Shown here piece by piece: positions 49,331 to 58,609 of a stretch of 64,000 bases of DNA; position 1 is the first letter of the stretch, and the number at the start of each line of letters is the position of its first letter. The position numbers were made by a program, and so were the translations under genes. The stretch lies in assembly GCA_937120965.1 (NCBI GenBank), contig CAKZKA010000267.1, positions 1,556-65,555 of the forward strand, given 5' to 3'. This DNA is from an uncultured Chloroflexota bacterium (GTDB taxonomy: Bacteria; Chloroflexota; Chloroflexia; Chloroflexales; Chloroflexaceae). Under the pieces are notes generated by a model. The model did not search any database and had not been told where the DNA came from. It saw only the letters and a list, made by a program, of their open reading frames with translations.

Positions 49331-50824
49331 ATGCTTATTCGTCTGGCAATCGCCTGGATGCTGGGGATCGTCATTGCCGAGCAGGCCCGCCCCCCAACGG
49401 GCTGGCTGTGGGCTGCGGCGGGGGTGGGGCTGGTCATGGCGCTGGCCGTCCGGGGTCAGCAGCGAGGCACACTACGCCTGGCGGCCCTCGCGCTGCTGTG
49501 CGCGGCTCTGGGCGGGCTACGCTACATGGGCACGCTGCCGGCCCTGGGGCCGCAGAGCGTGAGCAGCCTGAGCGGGCGGGGCGAGGTCGTGCTCACGGGC
49601 AGCGTGGCCGGCGAGCCACGCCGCAGTGAGGAGCAGCAGCGCGTGGTGCTCCAGGTCGAGACGGCCACGGTAGAGGGAGCGACCGCGGCCTACGAGGGGC
49701 TGGTGCTGGTGGTATTACCGCCCTACCCTGCCTATGCCTACGGCGATCGGCTCGAGGTTCGGGGCGCGTTGCGCCGTCCGCGGGGCGCAGAGCGGCCCGG
49801 CGAGTTCGATTACCGGGCCTACCTGGCCCATCGCGGCATCTTTGTGATGATGACCAAACCCGAAGAGGCGCGCCGGCTGACGGGCCAGGACGGTCTGGCG
49901 CCCTTGCGGGCCGTGCTTGCCTTTCGCGCTCATTGCCAGGCGGTGCTGCTGCGCACCTTGCCCGAACCCCAGGCCGCCCTGGCAATCGGGGTCGTTCTTG
50001 GCATTCAGTCAAGCATCCCCGACGAAGTGTACCGAACCTTTTCGATCACCGGTACGAGCCATATCCTGGTAGTATCGGGATGGAACTTCACGATTGTGGC
50101 GGGGATGCTGGGAGCGCTGGCGGCACGCCTGCGCCTGGGGCGAGGGGCAACCCTGGCGCTGGCGCTGGCGGTGATGTGGGTCTATGCCGTGTTTACCGGC
50201 GCCTCGGCGGCGGTGCTACGGGCGGCAGCCATGGCCAGCCTGGCCGCCGTGGCCCGCGCCACCGACCGCAGCAGCGAGCCGTGGCATCTGCTCCTCGGCG
50301 CGTGCTGGCTGATCACTCTGGCAGACCCACACACGCTCTGGGACCCGGGGTTCCAGCTCTCGGCGCTGGCAACGGCCAGCCTCTTCGCCTACGCCACGCC
50401 GGTGGCGGCGTGGTTTAACCGGCGGCCCTTCAACTGGCCGATGATGGCTCCGGTCACAGAGGCACTGGTGGCAACATTCGCTGCCCAGGCGCTCACCCTG
50501 CCGCTGATCTTATACGCCTTTGGCAACCTCTCGCTGGTGGCGCCACTGGCGAATATCGTGATCGTGCCGGTGGTGCCATTCGCTATGGCTCTGGGCGCAC
50601 TGGCGCTGGTAGGCGGCCTGATCTGGCTCCCGTTGGGGCAGTGGCTGGCCCTGGGGGCATGGCTGCCCTTCACCTGGATCGCCGAGGGGGCGCGCCTTCT
50701 GGCCATGCCACGCTGGGCCAGCGCGCAGGTGCCACCATTCCCGCTGTGGCTGCTCCTGGGTTGCTATGCCGCCATCGGGCTGCACTGGTGGAGCAGGCTA
50801 CGCACCGCGGGAGAGAGCGCCTGA
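49331..50824 (+). CDS. comEC: ComEC/Rec2-family DNA internalisation channel protein (no beta-lactamase domain)
   Basis: ATG at 49331 after GGAGGGAG. Polytopic membrane protein. FSITGTSHILVVSGWNFTIV resembles the competence-domain motif. The stop TGA is embedded in CTGAGGTGAACAT. Confidence 0.7.
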   Translation: MLIRLAIAWMLGIVIAEQARPPTGWLWAAAGVGLVMALAVRGQQRGTLRLAALALLCAALGGLRYMGTLPALGPQSVSSLSGRGEVVLTGSVAGEPRRSEEQQRVVLQVETATVEGATAAYEGLVLVVLPPYPAYAYGDRLEVRGALRRPRGAERPGEFDYRAYLAHRGIFVMMTKPEEARRLTGQDGLAPLRAVLAFRAHCQAVLLRTLPEPQAALAIGVVLGIQSSIPDEVYRTFSITGTSHILVVSGWNFTIVAGMLGALAARLRLGRGATLALALAVMWVYAVFTGASAAVLRAAAMASLAAVARATDRSSEPWHLLLGACWLITLADPHTLWDPGFQLSALATASLFAYATPVAAWFNRRPFNWPMMAPVTEALVATFAAQALTLPLILYAFGNLSLVAPLANIVIVPVVPFAMALGALALVGGLIWLPLGQWLALGAWLPFTWIAEGARLLAMPRWASAQVPPFPLWLLLGCYAAIGLHWWSRLRTAGESA

Positions 50825-51165
50825 GGTGAACATACGGGGAAACCAGGTTTCCCCATCCCCCTCCCCGAGGGGAGGGTTTGGGAGGGCTTCGCCCTCCCGA
50901 GAATAATTATTTTCATTCCGGCGTTGTGCGGCGCAGCCGCATGTGAGGTGAACATACGGGGAAACCGGGTTTCCCCATCCCCCTCCCTGCGGGGAGGGTT
51001 TGGGAGGGCTTCGCCCTCCCGAGAATAATTATTTTCATTCCGGCGTTGTGCGGCGCAGCCGCATGGATGACTGAGGTGAACATAGGGGGAAACCGGGTTT
51101 CCCCATACCCCCGCCCACGGGAACGTGAACATATGGGGCAACCGGGTTTCCCCTCGCCCCCTCCC
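50821..51165 (+). repeat. Tandem composite units (periods 122 and 128 bp) downstream of comEC
   Basis: GGTGAACAT heads at 50825, 50947, 51075 and 51125. Palindromes at 50836-50854, 50958-50976, 51086-51104 and 51135-51153. The first two units are near-identical through GGGAGGGCTTCGCCCTCCCGAGAATAATTATTTTCATTCCGGCGTTGTGCGGCGCAGCCGCATG. Confidence 0.9.
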
Positions 51166-51230
51166 TGTGGGACGACAGGCCCCCGGAAGCACACTGCGTG
51201 GCGCGGGTATGCTATACTTGGCGCGCTGTG

Positions 51231-51776
51231 ATGACGAACGCGATCGATCTTACGCCATTGATCCAGGCCATTCACGCGGCGCCCCAACGCCTGGTGTATG
51301 TTTTCGCCGGAGCAGGGAGCCTGGCGCTGCACTGGCTTCACGCCGTCGCCGGCTCGTCGCGCACGCTGCTCGAGGCCCGCGATTGCTACGCGCCCCGCAG
51401 CCTGGCGGTCGTCCTTGGTGCGCCCCCGGCCCGTGCTGTCAGCGTCGAGACGGCCAGCGCAATGGCCGATTGGGCCTGGAAGTATGCCGCCAGCCTGGCC
51501 GAAGGCCCCTGGCCGCTGCTCGGGGTGGGTTGCACCGCGGCGATCGTCACCGACCGGGCGCGCCGGGGCGCCGATCGGGCGGTGGTCGCCGTGCGCTCGG
51601 CCAGCGCTACGCGGATCTATGAGCTGCTCCTCGCCAGGGAGCGCCGCGACCGGGCCGGCGAAGAGGCGCTGATCAGTCGCCTGGTCGTCCTGGCGATCGC
51701 CGAAGCATGCGGTCTGGGAGCAGTGCATCTGGACCTGGAGCCGGGTGAGGCGCTGCATCTGGCGGGGATGGGCTGA
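51231..51776 (+). CDS. Hypothetical protein, distant CinA/PncC-like pattern
   Basis: AGSSRTLL...AVSVETASAMA...GVGCTAAIVTDRARRG loosely follows the CinA C-terminal domain pattern. The start is uncertain (ATG 51231 or GTG 51198). The stop TGA is embedded in CTGAGGTGAACA. Confidence 0.4.
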   Translation: MTNAIDLTPLIQAIHAAPQRLVYVFAGAGSLALHWLHAVAGSSRTLLEARDCYAPRSLAVVLGAPPARAVSVETASAMADWAWKYAASLAEGPWPLLGVGCTAAIVTDRARRGADRAVVAVRSASATRIYELLLARERRDRAGEEALISRLVVLAIAEACGLGAVHLDLEPGEALHLAGMG

Positions 51777-51860
51777 GGTGAACAGAGGGGAAACCGGGTT
51801 TTCCCACCCGCGGTGAGCCTGTCGAACCGCGCCCTCCCGATGGGGCGGGTTCGGGAGGCC
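51773..51860 (+). repeat. Terminal motif, palindrome and GGTGAGCCTGTCGAACCGC module
   Basis: CTGAGGTGAACAGA, GGGGAAACCGGGTTTTCCC (51787-51805), ACCCGCGGTGAGCCTGTCGAACCGCGCCCTCCC. Confidence 0.8.
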
Positions 51861-52089
51861 GCAGTCATCCCCGGAAAGATCCGGTTCATTCCAGTGATAC
51901 GTGACGAAGGCGCATTGACGCCTGGCAGTGGAGCACCTGCAACCTGTGCCTGAACGCGATACCGAACCGACAAAAAGCCCGGATACCCCTATAGGGTCTG
52001 CCCTGCAACCTGCGCCTGAACGCGATACCGAACCGGAGGGTGTCCCCATCCCTCCTGCGGAGCGTGACCCGTTCCCGATTGACGAGGTC

Positions 52090-52719
52090 ATGGCTACCCT
52101 CCGCGCGACTATGCCGGCGTTTCAACGGCCGCTGATCGACCAGATGGGGGTGGAAGGGACCACCCCGTTCCGGGTGCTCATCGCGACCATTCTCAGTCTG
52201 CGCACGAAGGACACGCTTACCGCCGTGGTCGCTCCGCGCCTCTTTGCCGCTGCGGATACGCCGGAGGCGATGCTTGCGCTCGGTGAGGAGCGCATTGCCG
52301 AACTGATCTACCCGGTCGGTTTTTACCGGAACAAGGCGCGGAGCATTGTGCAGATCTGTCGTGTGCTGATCGAACGCTACGGCGGCGCGGTGCCGGCTGA
52401 CCTCGACGCGCTGCTGGAGCTGCCTGGCGTGGGGCGCAAAACGGCCAACCTCGTGCGTACCGCCGGCTTTGGCCTGCCCGGTATCTGCGTTGACATCCAC
52501 GTGCACCGGATCTGCAACCGCTGGGGCTATGTGCAGACGAAGAACCCCGACGAGACGGAGCAGGCGCTGCGGGCGATACTTCCGCCTCAGTACTGGATCG
52601 AGATCAACGGTCTGCTGGTGACCCTGGGGCAGAATATCTGCCTGCCGGTGTCGCCGCGCTGTTCAGTGTGCCCGGTGGCAGCGACCTGCGCCCGTGTCGG
52701 CGTGACGCGGAGCCGGTAA
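52090..52719 (+). CDS. nth: Endonuclease III (HhH-GPD, 4Fe-4S)
   Basis: LELPGVGRKTANLV helix-hairpin-helix and the CLPVSPRCSVCPVAATC cluster motif. Alternative GTG start at 51928 would add a 54-aa repeat-containing extension. Confidence 0.8.
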   Translation: MATLRATMPAFQRPLIDQMGVEGTTPFRVLIATILSLRTKDTLTAVVAPRLFAAADTPEAMLALGEERIAELIYPVGFYRNKARSIVQICRVLIERYGGAVPADLDALLELPGVGRKTANLVRTAGFGLPGICVDIHVHRICNRWGYVQTKNPDETEQALRAILPPQYWIEINGLLVTLGQNICLPVSPRCSVCPVAATCARVGVTRSR

Positions 52720-52794
52720 GGGCCTGGAGGGTATCGGTTGCACCACGAAGGCACGAAGATCGTGCGGATGGGCGGCGCGGACGTTTCCCTGTAA

Positions 52795-52896
52795 TACCAT
52801 TTTAGATTTTAGATTTTGGATTGTGGATTGCCACGCTGGGCAGCACAACGCTTAAAACCGCTTCAAGCAATGCGGCATTATCAACGGTAATTGGTG
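52795..52896 (+). mobile_element. 102-bp MITE, subfamily A, flanked by TAA/TAA
   Basis: TSD TAA at 52792-52794 and 52897-52899. The last TIR base is mutated (AATTGGTG). It lies between the convergent nth and GPH transporter genes. Confidence 0.8.
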
Positions 52897-52928
52897 TAAG
52901 TCAATGCTGCTTTTTCGCCTCCAGGTTG

Positions 52929-54335
52929 TCATTCCCGATGCTGGACGGTGGCAGAGCCGCTCCGGCGGGCCGCGAGCAGGGCAAGAGTCGCTTCGTGCTT
53001 CTCGCGGGTAATCGGGTAGAACCAGGTGAGGATCATCCCGCAGATCAGAATGAGGGTGGGCACCGGGCCGAGCATGAGGCGGATAGCCAGCCGGGCCGAG
53101 TCGGGCTGCAGGTCGGCGGGAAGGTTCTCGTTGAAGCCAGCGACTTGTAACCCCAGCCCTACCAGGAACAGGCCCAGGGCCAATCCCAGTTTCTGCAGCA
53201 GCACCATGAAGCCGTAGAACATCCCCTCGCGGCGCTGACCAGTCTCCAGCTCGTCCAGTTCAATCACATCGGGCATCATGCTCCAGGGCGCCAGGTAGGC
53301 GGTGGCAACCCCGGCGCCGGCGATCACCGCCAGGATGATTGCCAGGGTGATCTGTTCAGGTTGCAGAAAGAAGAGAAACGCCTGCACGCCAATCCAGATC
53401 ACGCTACCGACCAGGTACACCGCCTTCTTGCCGATGCGCCGGCTCACCGCGCTCCAGACGAACAGAAACACCAGCGCCGATCCCTGCACCGCCAGGAGAA
53501 AGGTGGTGATCAAATCCGGCCGGCGCAGCCAGAAGGTGATGTAGAAGGTCAGCACTGCCGAAGTGACCTGCACGGCCAGCCAGGAGAACATGTAGATCCC
53601 AACCACGAACAGGTAGGGCCGGTTGTTGAAGACATAGCGAATCTGCTCGCCGAGGGAGAGATCTCTGGCCTCGGGGTCGGGTTCGTAGCGCTCGCGGGTA
53701 CCCAGAAAGCACCACAGGAACGGCAGGGCGATCAGCGTGCCCACCACCGCGCCGGCCACCAGGTATCCGGTTTGAGGATCATCGGGGTACCGTCCGACAA
53801 TCGTCTGGTGCAGAATGCCACCCAGGAGACTGCCACCGATACTGAAGGCGAAGCGGTAGGAGTTCAGGGCGGTACGCTCATCGTAGTCGCGGGTAAGTTC
53901 GGGAGTCAGAGCAGTGTAGGGGACATTAACAATGGTGAAGGCGGTGTCGAAGAGCAGGGCAATGATCAGGTAGTAGACGAACTTGCCGGTGACGTCAAAG
54001 GGCGGAACGATCCACTGGAGGAAGAAGAGCAACCCGAATGGCGCCGCGCCGAAGAGCAGCCAGGGGCGTCGGCGTCCCCAGCGGGTGCTGGTGCGGTCGG
54101 TCAGCCAGCCGATGATCGGGTCGTTGAGCGCGTCCCAGATCTTGACCACCAGGAGGATGGTACCGGCCAACCCCGGAGGCAGGCCAGCCACGGTGGTGAG
54201 GAAGAAGAGCTGGAAGAACCCGGCGACGATGGTGGCGATGGCAGGCCCCAGGTCGCCGGAGCCAAAGGCGAGTCTGGTGCTCAGGGGCAGGCGTTCGTGG
54301 ACAATCAGATCGGTAGGGACGGCGGGCCCGGTCAT
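52929..54335 (-). CDS. GPH-family (MelB-like) sugar:cation symporter
   Basis: ATG at 54335 after AAGGAG. LAFGSGDLGPAI, KIWDALNDPIIGWLTDRTSTRWGRRRPW is the GPH signature. 12 TM helices. Confidence 0.8.
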   Translation of the reverse strand: MTGPAVPTDLIVHERLPLSTRLAFGSGDLGPAIATIVAGFFQLFFLTTVAGLPPGLAGTILLVVKIWDALNDPIIGWLTDRTSTRWGRRRPWLLFGAAPFGLLFFLQWIVPPFDVTGKFVYYLIIALLFDTAFTIVNVPYTALTPELTRDYDERTALNSYRFAFSIGGSLLGGILHQTIVGRYPDDPQTGYLVAGAVVGTLIALPFLWCFLGTRERYEPDPEARDLSLGEQIRYVFNNRPYLFVVGIYMFSWLAVQVTSAVLTFYITFWLRRPDLITTFLLAVQGSALVFLFVWSAVSRRIGKKAVYLVGSVIWIGVQAFLFFLQPEQITLAIILAVIAGAGVATAYLAPWSMMPDVIELDELETGQRREGMFYGFMVLLQKLGLALGLFLVGLGLQVAGFNENLPADLQPDSARLAIRLMLGPVPTLILICGMILTWFYPITREKHEATLALLAARRSGSATVQHRE

Positions 54336-54399
54336 GCTGGCTCCTTGTTGCAACCTTGCGCAGCCAGGTGGTCTGTCACGATGGTCGTGATCGATACAG

Positions 54400-54450
54400 C
54401 GAGAGGGGGTGCGGGAGGGCTTTGTCCTCCCGGCAAAAACCCGTTCATCA
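54400..54450. repeat. H-like hairpin in the leader of the GPH transporter gene
   Basis: GGGAGGGCTTTGTCCTCCCGGCAAAAACCCGTTCATCAC. Confidence 0.55.
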
Positions 54451-54553
54451 CAACCAGGTTGACGAGCCACGAGGCCCAAACGTCGGCATAGCGTGGGCTT
54501 GTTCATCCAGGCGACTCGGACGAATGGAGAGCCAGACGAGTATAACAGGTATC

Positions 54554-55558
54554 TGTACTGCTACAATATGTTAGCGCACCTCTGGTGGGTGTATTGACTG
54601 AATGTTGTGTGCAGGTGATCAATGCATTATCACCCAAAAGCGGCGTTGACCCAGGTGCAACGCGCGCGAATCCAACAATTGTATCGTGAAGGAATGAGCC
54701 AATCCGCCCTGGCGCGTCAGTTTGGCGTGCATCGCCGCACCATCCAGCGTTGGGTTGGCCGGACGGATACCACGGATCGCTCTGGTGGACCGCGCACCCA
54801 TGGGCGGCGCGTGGTGACGGAGACGTATCGCCAGGCCGTGATTGCCGAACGGCAGGCGCATCCGCAGGATGGTCCCAAACGGATTGCGCACGAACTCCGG
54901 GCGCGCTTCCCCACGGCCAATACGGCAACCGTGTGGCGCATCCTGAAGGACGCCGGCTTGACGCAGCGCCCGCCCAAAAAAACGGCAGCGGCGTCCGATC
55001 CCGGTCGGACGCCATCGGGTGCAACTGGACATCCGGGAATTGCCAGCGATTCGCGGGGGTCATGGGCGGGAATACCAGATCAGCCTGATTCATCTGCGCA
55101 CCCGGATGAAGTACTCGGAAATCCATCCACGCGCCACCAGTCACCGGATTGCCGGAGTGCTGCAGCGGGCGATCGGCCGATTGCCCCCGTTTCATCTGGT
55201 GGTGACGGATAATGCGATGGTCTTTACCATGGCGCATACCCCGCATCCGGAGCGGCGTACGGCGTTCGAACGCACCATCACGGCCCTGGGCGTGCGGCAT
55301 TGGCGGATCAAACCGCGATCGCCGTGGCAAAACGGGATCATTGAACGGAGCAATCGGACGGATAATGCGGAATGTTTCCATCAGCAGGAGTTCTCCTGTT
55401 CCGAACATCGTCGGTATGTGCATCGGTTATGGGAGATGTACTACAACGATCACCGGCCACATCAAGGGCTTGATGGCGCCACACCGTTGGCGATCTTCCG
55501 TCGGTACTATCCGATCCATGCCGCTGCCATGGGTGCGCTAACATAGTGAAGCAGTACA
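54554..55558 (+). mobile_element. IS481-family insertion sequence (1005 bp) with 26-bp IRs and a 6-bp target-site duplication
   Basis: IRL TGTACTGCTACAATATGTTAGCGCAC (54554-54579) matches the reverse complement of IRR (55533-55558) at 24 of 26 positions. Perfect direct repeat GGTATC at 54548-54553 and 55559-55564. It encodes an HTH plus rve DDE transposase. Confidence 0.8.
54622..55546 (+). CDS. IS481-family DDE transposase, split over two frames at an A7 run (54976-54982)
   Basis: Frame 1 gives the HTH part (GMSQSALARQFGVHRRTIQRW). Frame 2 is open from 54962 and reads PKKRQRRPIPVGRHRVQLDIRELP...VVTDNAMVF...WQNGIIERSNRT (D, D, E). The frames join if one A is removed from CCCAAAAAAACGG. Confidence 0.75.
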
Positions 55559-55604
55559 GGTATCCTTTAAGCCCGCCAGCAGAGATGACCAGGGGGGCCG
55601 GACG

Positions 55605-55811
55605 GCATCGCCACGGGGCGGTGGGGCGCGCCGGGGTGGCGCGGGGGCGACCGCGGCATTGCCGCGGGGCGGCGGGGCGCGGGGGCAACGGCGGGGCGTG
55701 CAGCATTGCCGCGGGGCGGCGGGGCGCGGGGGCGACGGCGGGGGTCAGGCCGAAGCATTCGCGTGGGCGGCCAGGGTGGCCCCGATGGGGGTGGGCGCGA
55801 ATGCTTCGGCC
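55605..55811 (+). repeat. G-rich tandem repeat (periods 51 and 47 bp) followed by a 16-bp-stem hairpin
   Basis: GCATTGCCGCGGGGCGGCGGGGCGCGGGGGC units start at 55605, 55656 and 55703. GGCCGAAGCATTCGCG (55748-55763) pairs with CGCGAATGCTTCGGCC (55796-55811). Confidence 0.8.
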
Positions 55812-55966
55812 CTACGGCGGGCGCCGACCGGACCCGCGGTTCACGCGGCATGCCGCGGGGCGGCGGGGTGGCACGGGACCGCCCCGGCATCCCAACGCCC
55901 CACCGGGTCGTCACTCACCGGCGACCCGGCGGGGCGTGCCGGTAGAGGCGCCCCGGTGGGGCGTCT

Positions 55967-58018
55967 CTACCGGTGCGGCGCGGCGGCACTGGGGGCAACA
56001 ACAAGGCGCAGTTGCGATGGATTGCGCACATAGATCACCGGGTCGCCCTGGTACCATTCAATCGTCCCGGTGACCTGCACGCGCTGCCCTGGCGCGTAGA
56101 GTTGCTCGGGGGAGCGCGCAAAGTTCGGCCAGTCCTGTTTGAGGATGCGCACCAGGAAGTGGCCCCGGTGCGGCGAGTGGTAGGCAAGGTAGACGGCTTT
56201 CCCGTTGTTGAAGACCTCGCGCAGGACGCCCTCGACGGTCACGGTGCGACCAGCGTAGGCGCGGGCCAGGGTATAGTCAACCACGTCTCGCGACGTGAGG
56301 GCCTCCGAGGCGGTCATGTCCCGACCTGCTGCACCGGGGATGCTGACACCCCGGGGCTGACCGGGTTCGAGCGCAACCACGGCCCCATCGGTGCTCACGA
56401 AGTAAAGCGTATTGTTGCTGATCACCCAACCGGCATACTCGCTCCAGTAGCGGTCATAGACTGCGCCCTGGCGCCAGTAGATGTAGAATCCAGCGGGCCA
56501 CAGGCGAGTATTGTAGAGGCTGGCGCCACAGTAGTGACCGGTGCTGAAGCCCGTTCCGCAGGTATCGGTATCCTGCGACGTGGCGATGTGCGGCAGGTTG
56601 GTGACTGGAATGGGGTTGGTACTTGTCCCACGGGCCGGCGAGCGGTCGCCGATGGTGTGGGCCATCCCGGCTTCCCAGTGGGCAGCGAAAATCTGGTCGC
56701 CAGCCAGCGCAAGGTAGGGCTGCTCATCGGTGGGAAAGAACGTGCCCTCCATGAAACGCACATCGCCGGCTCGGTAGCCCGGCACAGTGGTATCGTTGAG
56801 CATCAGCTCGCCCAGGTGCGAGTCCCACCGTCCATCGCAAGGTTGAGCCTTGCACGGCGAGCCGCGCATGACGACATAGGCCACTTCGGAGCCGTCGCTC
56901 AAACGCCTGATGACAGGCTGCGGACCCATCGGCATATAGTCGCCATCACCGAAGCCACCGTGGCCGACATTGGGCACAAAGGCCGTTGCGCCATTGTCAA
57001 GCCGCAGTGCCAGCAGGGCCTGCTCACGGGGATTGTTCTGCAGGTTGCGTCGCATCTCGGCATTGGTTGAGGGCCAGGGGTTCCAGGTCCAGAGGGTTTG
57101 CCAGTCGAGCTGGAGCTTGATCAACACCAGCCCGTTCTGCTCGGAGATCACCGGCCAGCCGTTGCTGACCGCTGCGAAATCGTTCTGTCCAGAAGCCGTT
57201 GGGTCGCCGGGGGTGTGCGGAGCGGTCCTGGTGCGCCACACCCGGCCACCATCAGCGCCGCGAATGCCATGGACGAAGAGGTCGCGTGAGGCGACCACCA
57301 CCAGGTTGCGCGCGGCGGAATAGGCGGGCGGCGTATCAACGGGGGACCCGGCGTCGTAGCGCCAGATCTGCTGCATCGTGGCCTTGTTCACGGCATAGAC
57401 CGAGGCGCCCATGGAGAAGAATACCCGATCGCTGCTGATGGCCGGCGGCAGGGGCAGGTTACTGTCGCCAGCGGCGGCGAAATTACCCAGGGTCCGTCCA
57501 TCGGCAGCATCGAGCTTGTAGAGCGTTCCATTGCTGGATACAACAAACAGCGCCCTGGTGTCGGCATCATAGGCAGGAGTGGAATTGATGCTTCCGCCGG
57601 GATTGCGGTTCCAGACCGGAGCGCCGCTGGCGTTGTCGAGGGCGTAGACCCCGCGGCTGCCTGCGGCGATATAGACGCGACCGCCGCCGGTCACTGGCTG
57701 GCTGTTCCGCGGCAAACCAAATTTGCCGGTAGAGATGCCACCGTTGGCATCGGGGCCGTTCCAGGCCCACTTCCAGCGCCAGGGGGCAGGAACCGCGTCC
57801 GGGTAAAAACTCGTACGCTGGGCATTGAAGGCGTGCTGCGACCATTCGGTGGAAGGGTTGGACGGAGGAAGGCCAGGTAAGGCGAGAAAGGGTAGCAGGA
57901 TCGGAACGTTTGGCCGCTGCCCAAAGCTTGTTATCTGAAAGGGTTGGAGAAGTGCAAAGCCTACCAGCAGGGCGATCACGGTGGCGGTTATCAGAGCGGG
58001 CCTTGAAGGTCGTCGCAT
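55967..58018 (-). CDS. Secreted PQQ-like beta-propeller repeat protein with a C-terminal OB-fold-like domain
   Basis: N-terminal TM/signal RPALITATVIALLVGFALL. Repeated GGRVYIAAGSRGVYALDNASGAPVW, SSNGTLYKLDAADGRTL and VYAVNKATMQQIWRY blades. Confidence 0.65.
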   Translation of the reverse strand: MRRPSRPALITATVIALLVGFALLQPFQITSFGQRPNVPILLPFLALPGLPPSNPSTEWSQHAFNAQRTSFYPDAVPAPWRWKWAWNGPDANGGISTGKFGLPRNSQPVTGGGRVYIAAGSRGVYALDNASGAPVWNRNPGGSINSTPAYDADTRALFVVSSNGTLYKLDAADGRTLGNFAAAGDSNLPLPPAISSDRVFFSMGASVYAVNKATMQQIWRYDAGSPVDTPPAYSAARNLVVVASRDLFVHGIRGADGGRVWRTRTAPHTPGDPTASGQNDFAAVSNGWPVISEQNGLVLIKLQLDWQTLWTWNPWPSTNAEMRRNLQNNPREQALLALRLDNGATAFVPNVGHGGFGDGDYMPMGPQPVIRRLSDGSEVAYVVMRGSPCKAQPCDGRWDSHLGELMLNDTTVPGYRAGDVRFMEGTFFPTDEQPYLALAGDQIFAAHWEAGMAHTIGDRSPARGTSTNPIPVTNLPHIATSQDTDTCGTGFSTGHYCGASLYNTRLWPAGFYIYWRQGAVYDRYWSEYAGWVISNNTLYFVSTDGAVVALEPGQPRGVSIPGAAGRDMTASEALTSRDVVDYTLARAYAGRTVTVEGVLREVFNNGKAVYLAYHSPHRGHFLVRILKQDWPNFARSPEQLYAPGQRVQVTGTIEWYQGDPVIYVRNPSQLRLVVAPSAAAPHR

Positions 58019-58295
58019 AAGCTCCTCCGCGGCGTGGTTGGTTGGAATGCCATTTCGGTGTGCAGCGTGCTGCCATAGCCTTGCCGTGGGCTCTGGCTGT
58101 AGCGCATAGACGGGGCTCGTTCAATGCCAGTTGGTGTAACCGGTTAGCAGCACACGGTAAAAAACGCGCTGCCACCACGAAGGCAGCACGCAGGCGACCG
58201 TTGCCGCGGCCTTGTTCTACCCTGAGCGCCCCCGGGGCCACAAGGGTTTCTAGATTACAATAAGATTACAATTTGCAATAGACAGCTTTGCAGCT

Positions 58296-58600
58296 CCTGA
58301 GGTGAAAATAGCCCGCGCGCGGGAGGGTTCGGGGTGCCGGGGGGGGCGGGGTTGGCCCCCGCCCCAAATAGCCCGCGTGCGGGAGGGTTCGGGAGGGCGA
58401 GGCCCTCCCAGGAAACAACCCGCCAGCGGGGAGGGTTTGGGAGAGCTTCGCCCTCCCAAGAATAGGTATTTTCATTCCGGCGTTGTGCGGCGCAGCCGCA
58501 TGGATGACTGAGGTGAACATACGGGGAAACCGGGTTTCCTCAACCCCCTCCCTGAGGGGAGGGTTTGGGAGGGCTTCGCCCTCCCAAAAACAAACCTGTT
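58296..58600 (+). repeat. Composite repeat block between the PQQ-like gene and eutC
   Basis: CTGAGGTGAAAATAGCCC head. Three H-type units. GGCGTTGTGCGGCGCAGCCGCATGGATGA. CTGAGGTGAACATAC. Palindrome at 58523-58540. One more H unit. Confidence 0.85.
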
Positions 58601-58609
58601 TTCATCTCG

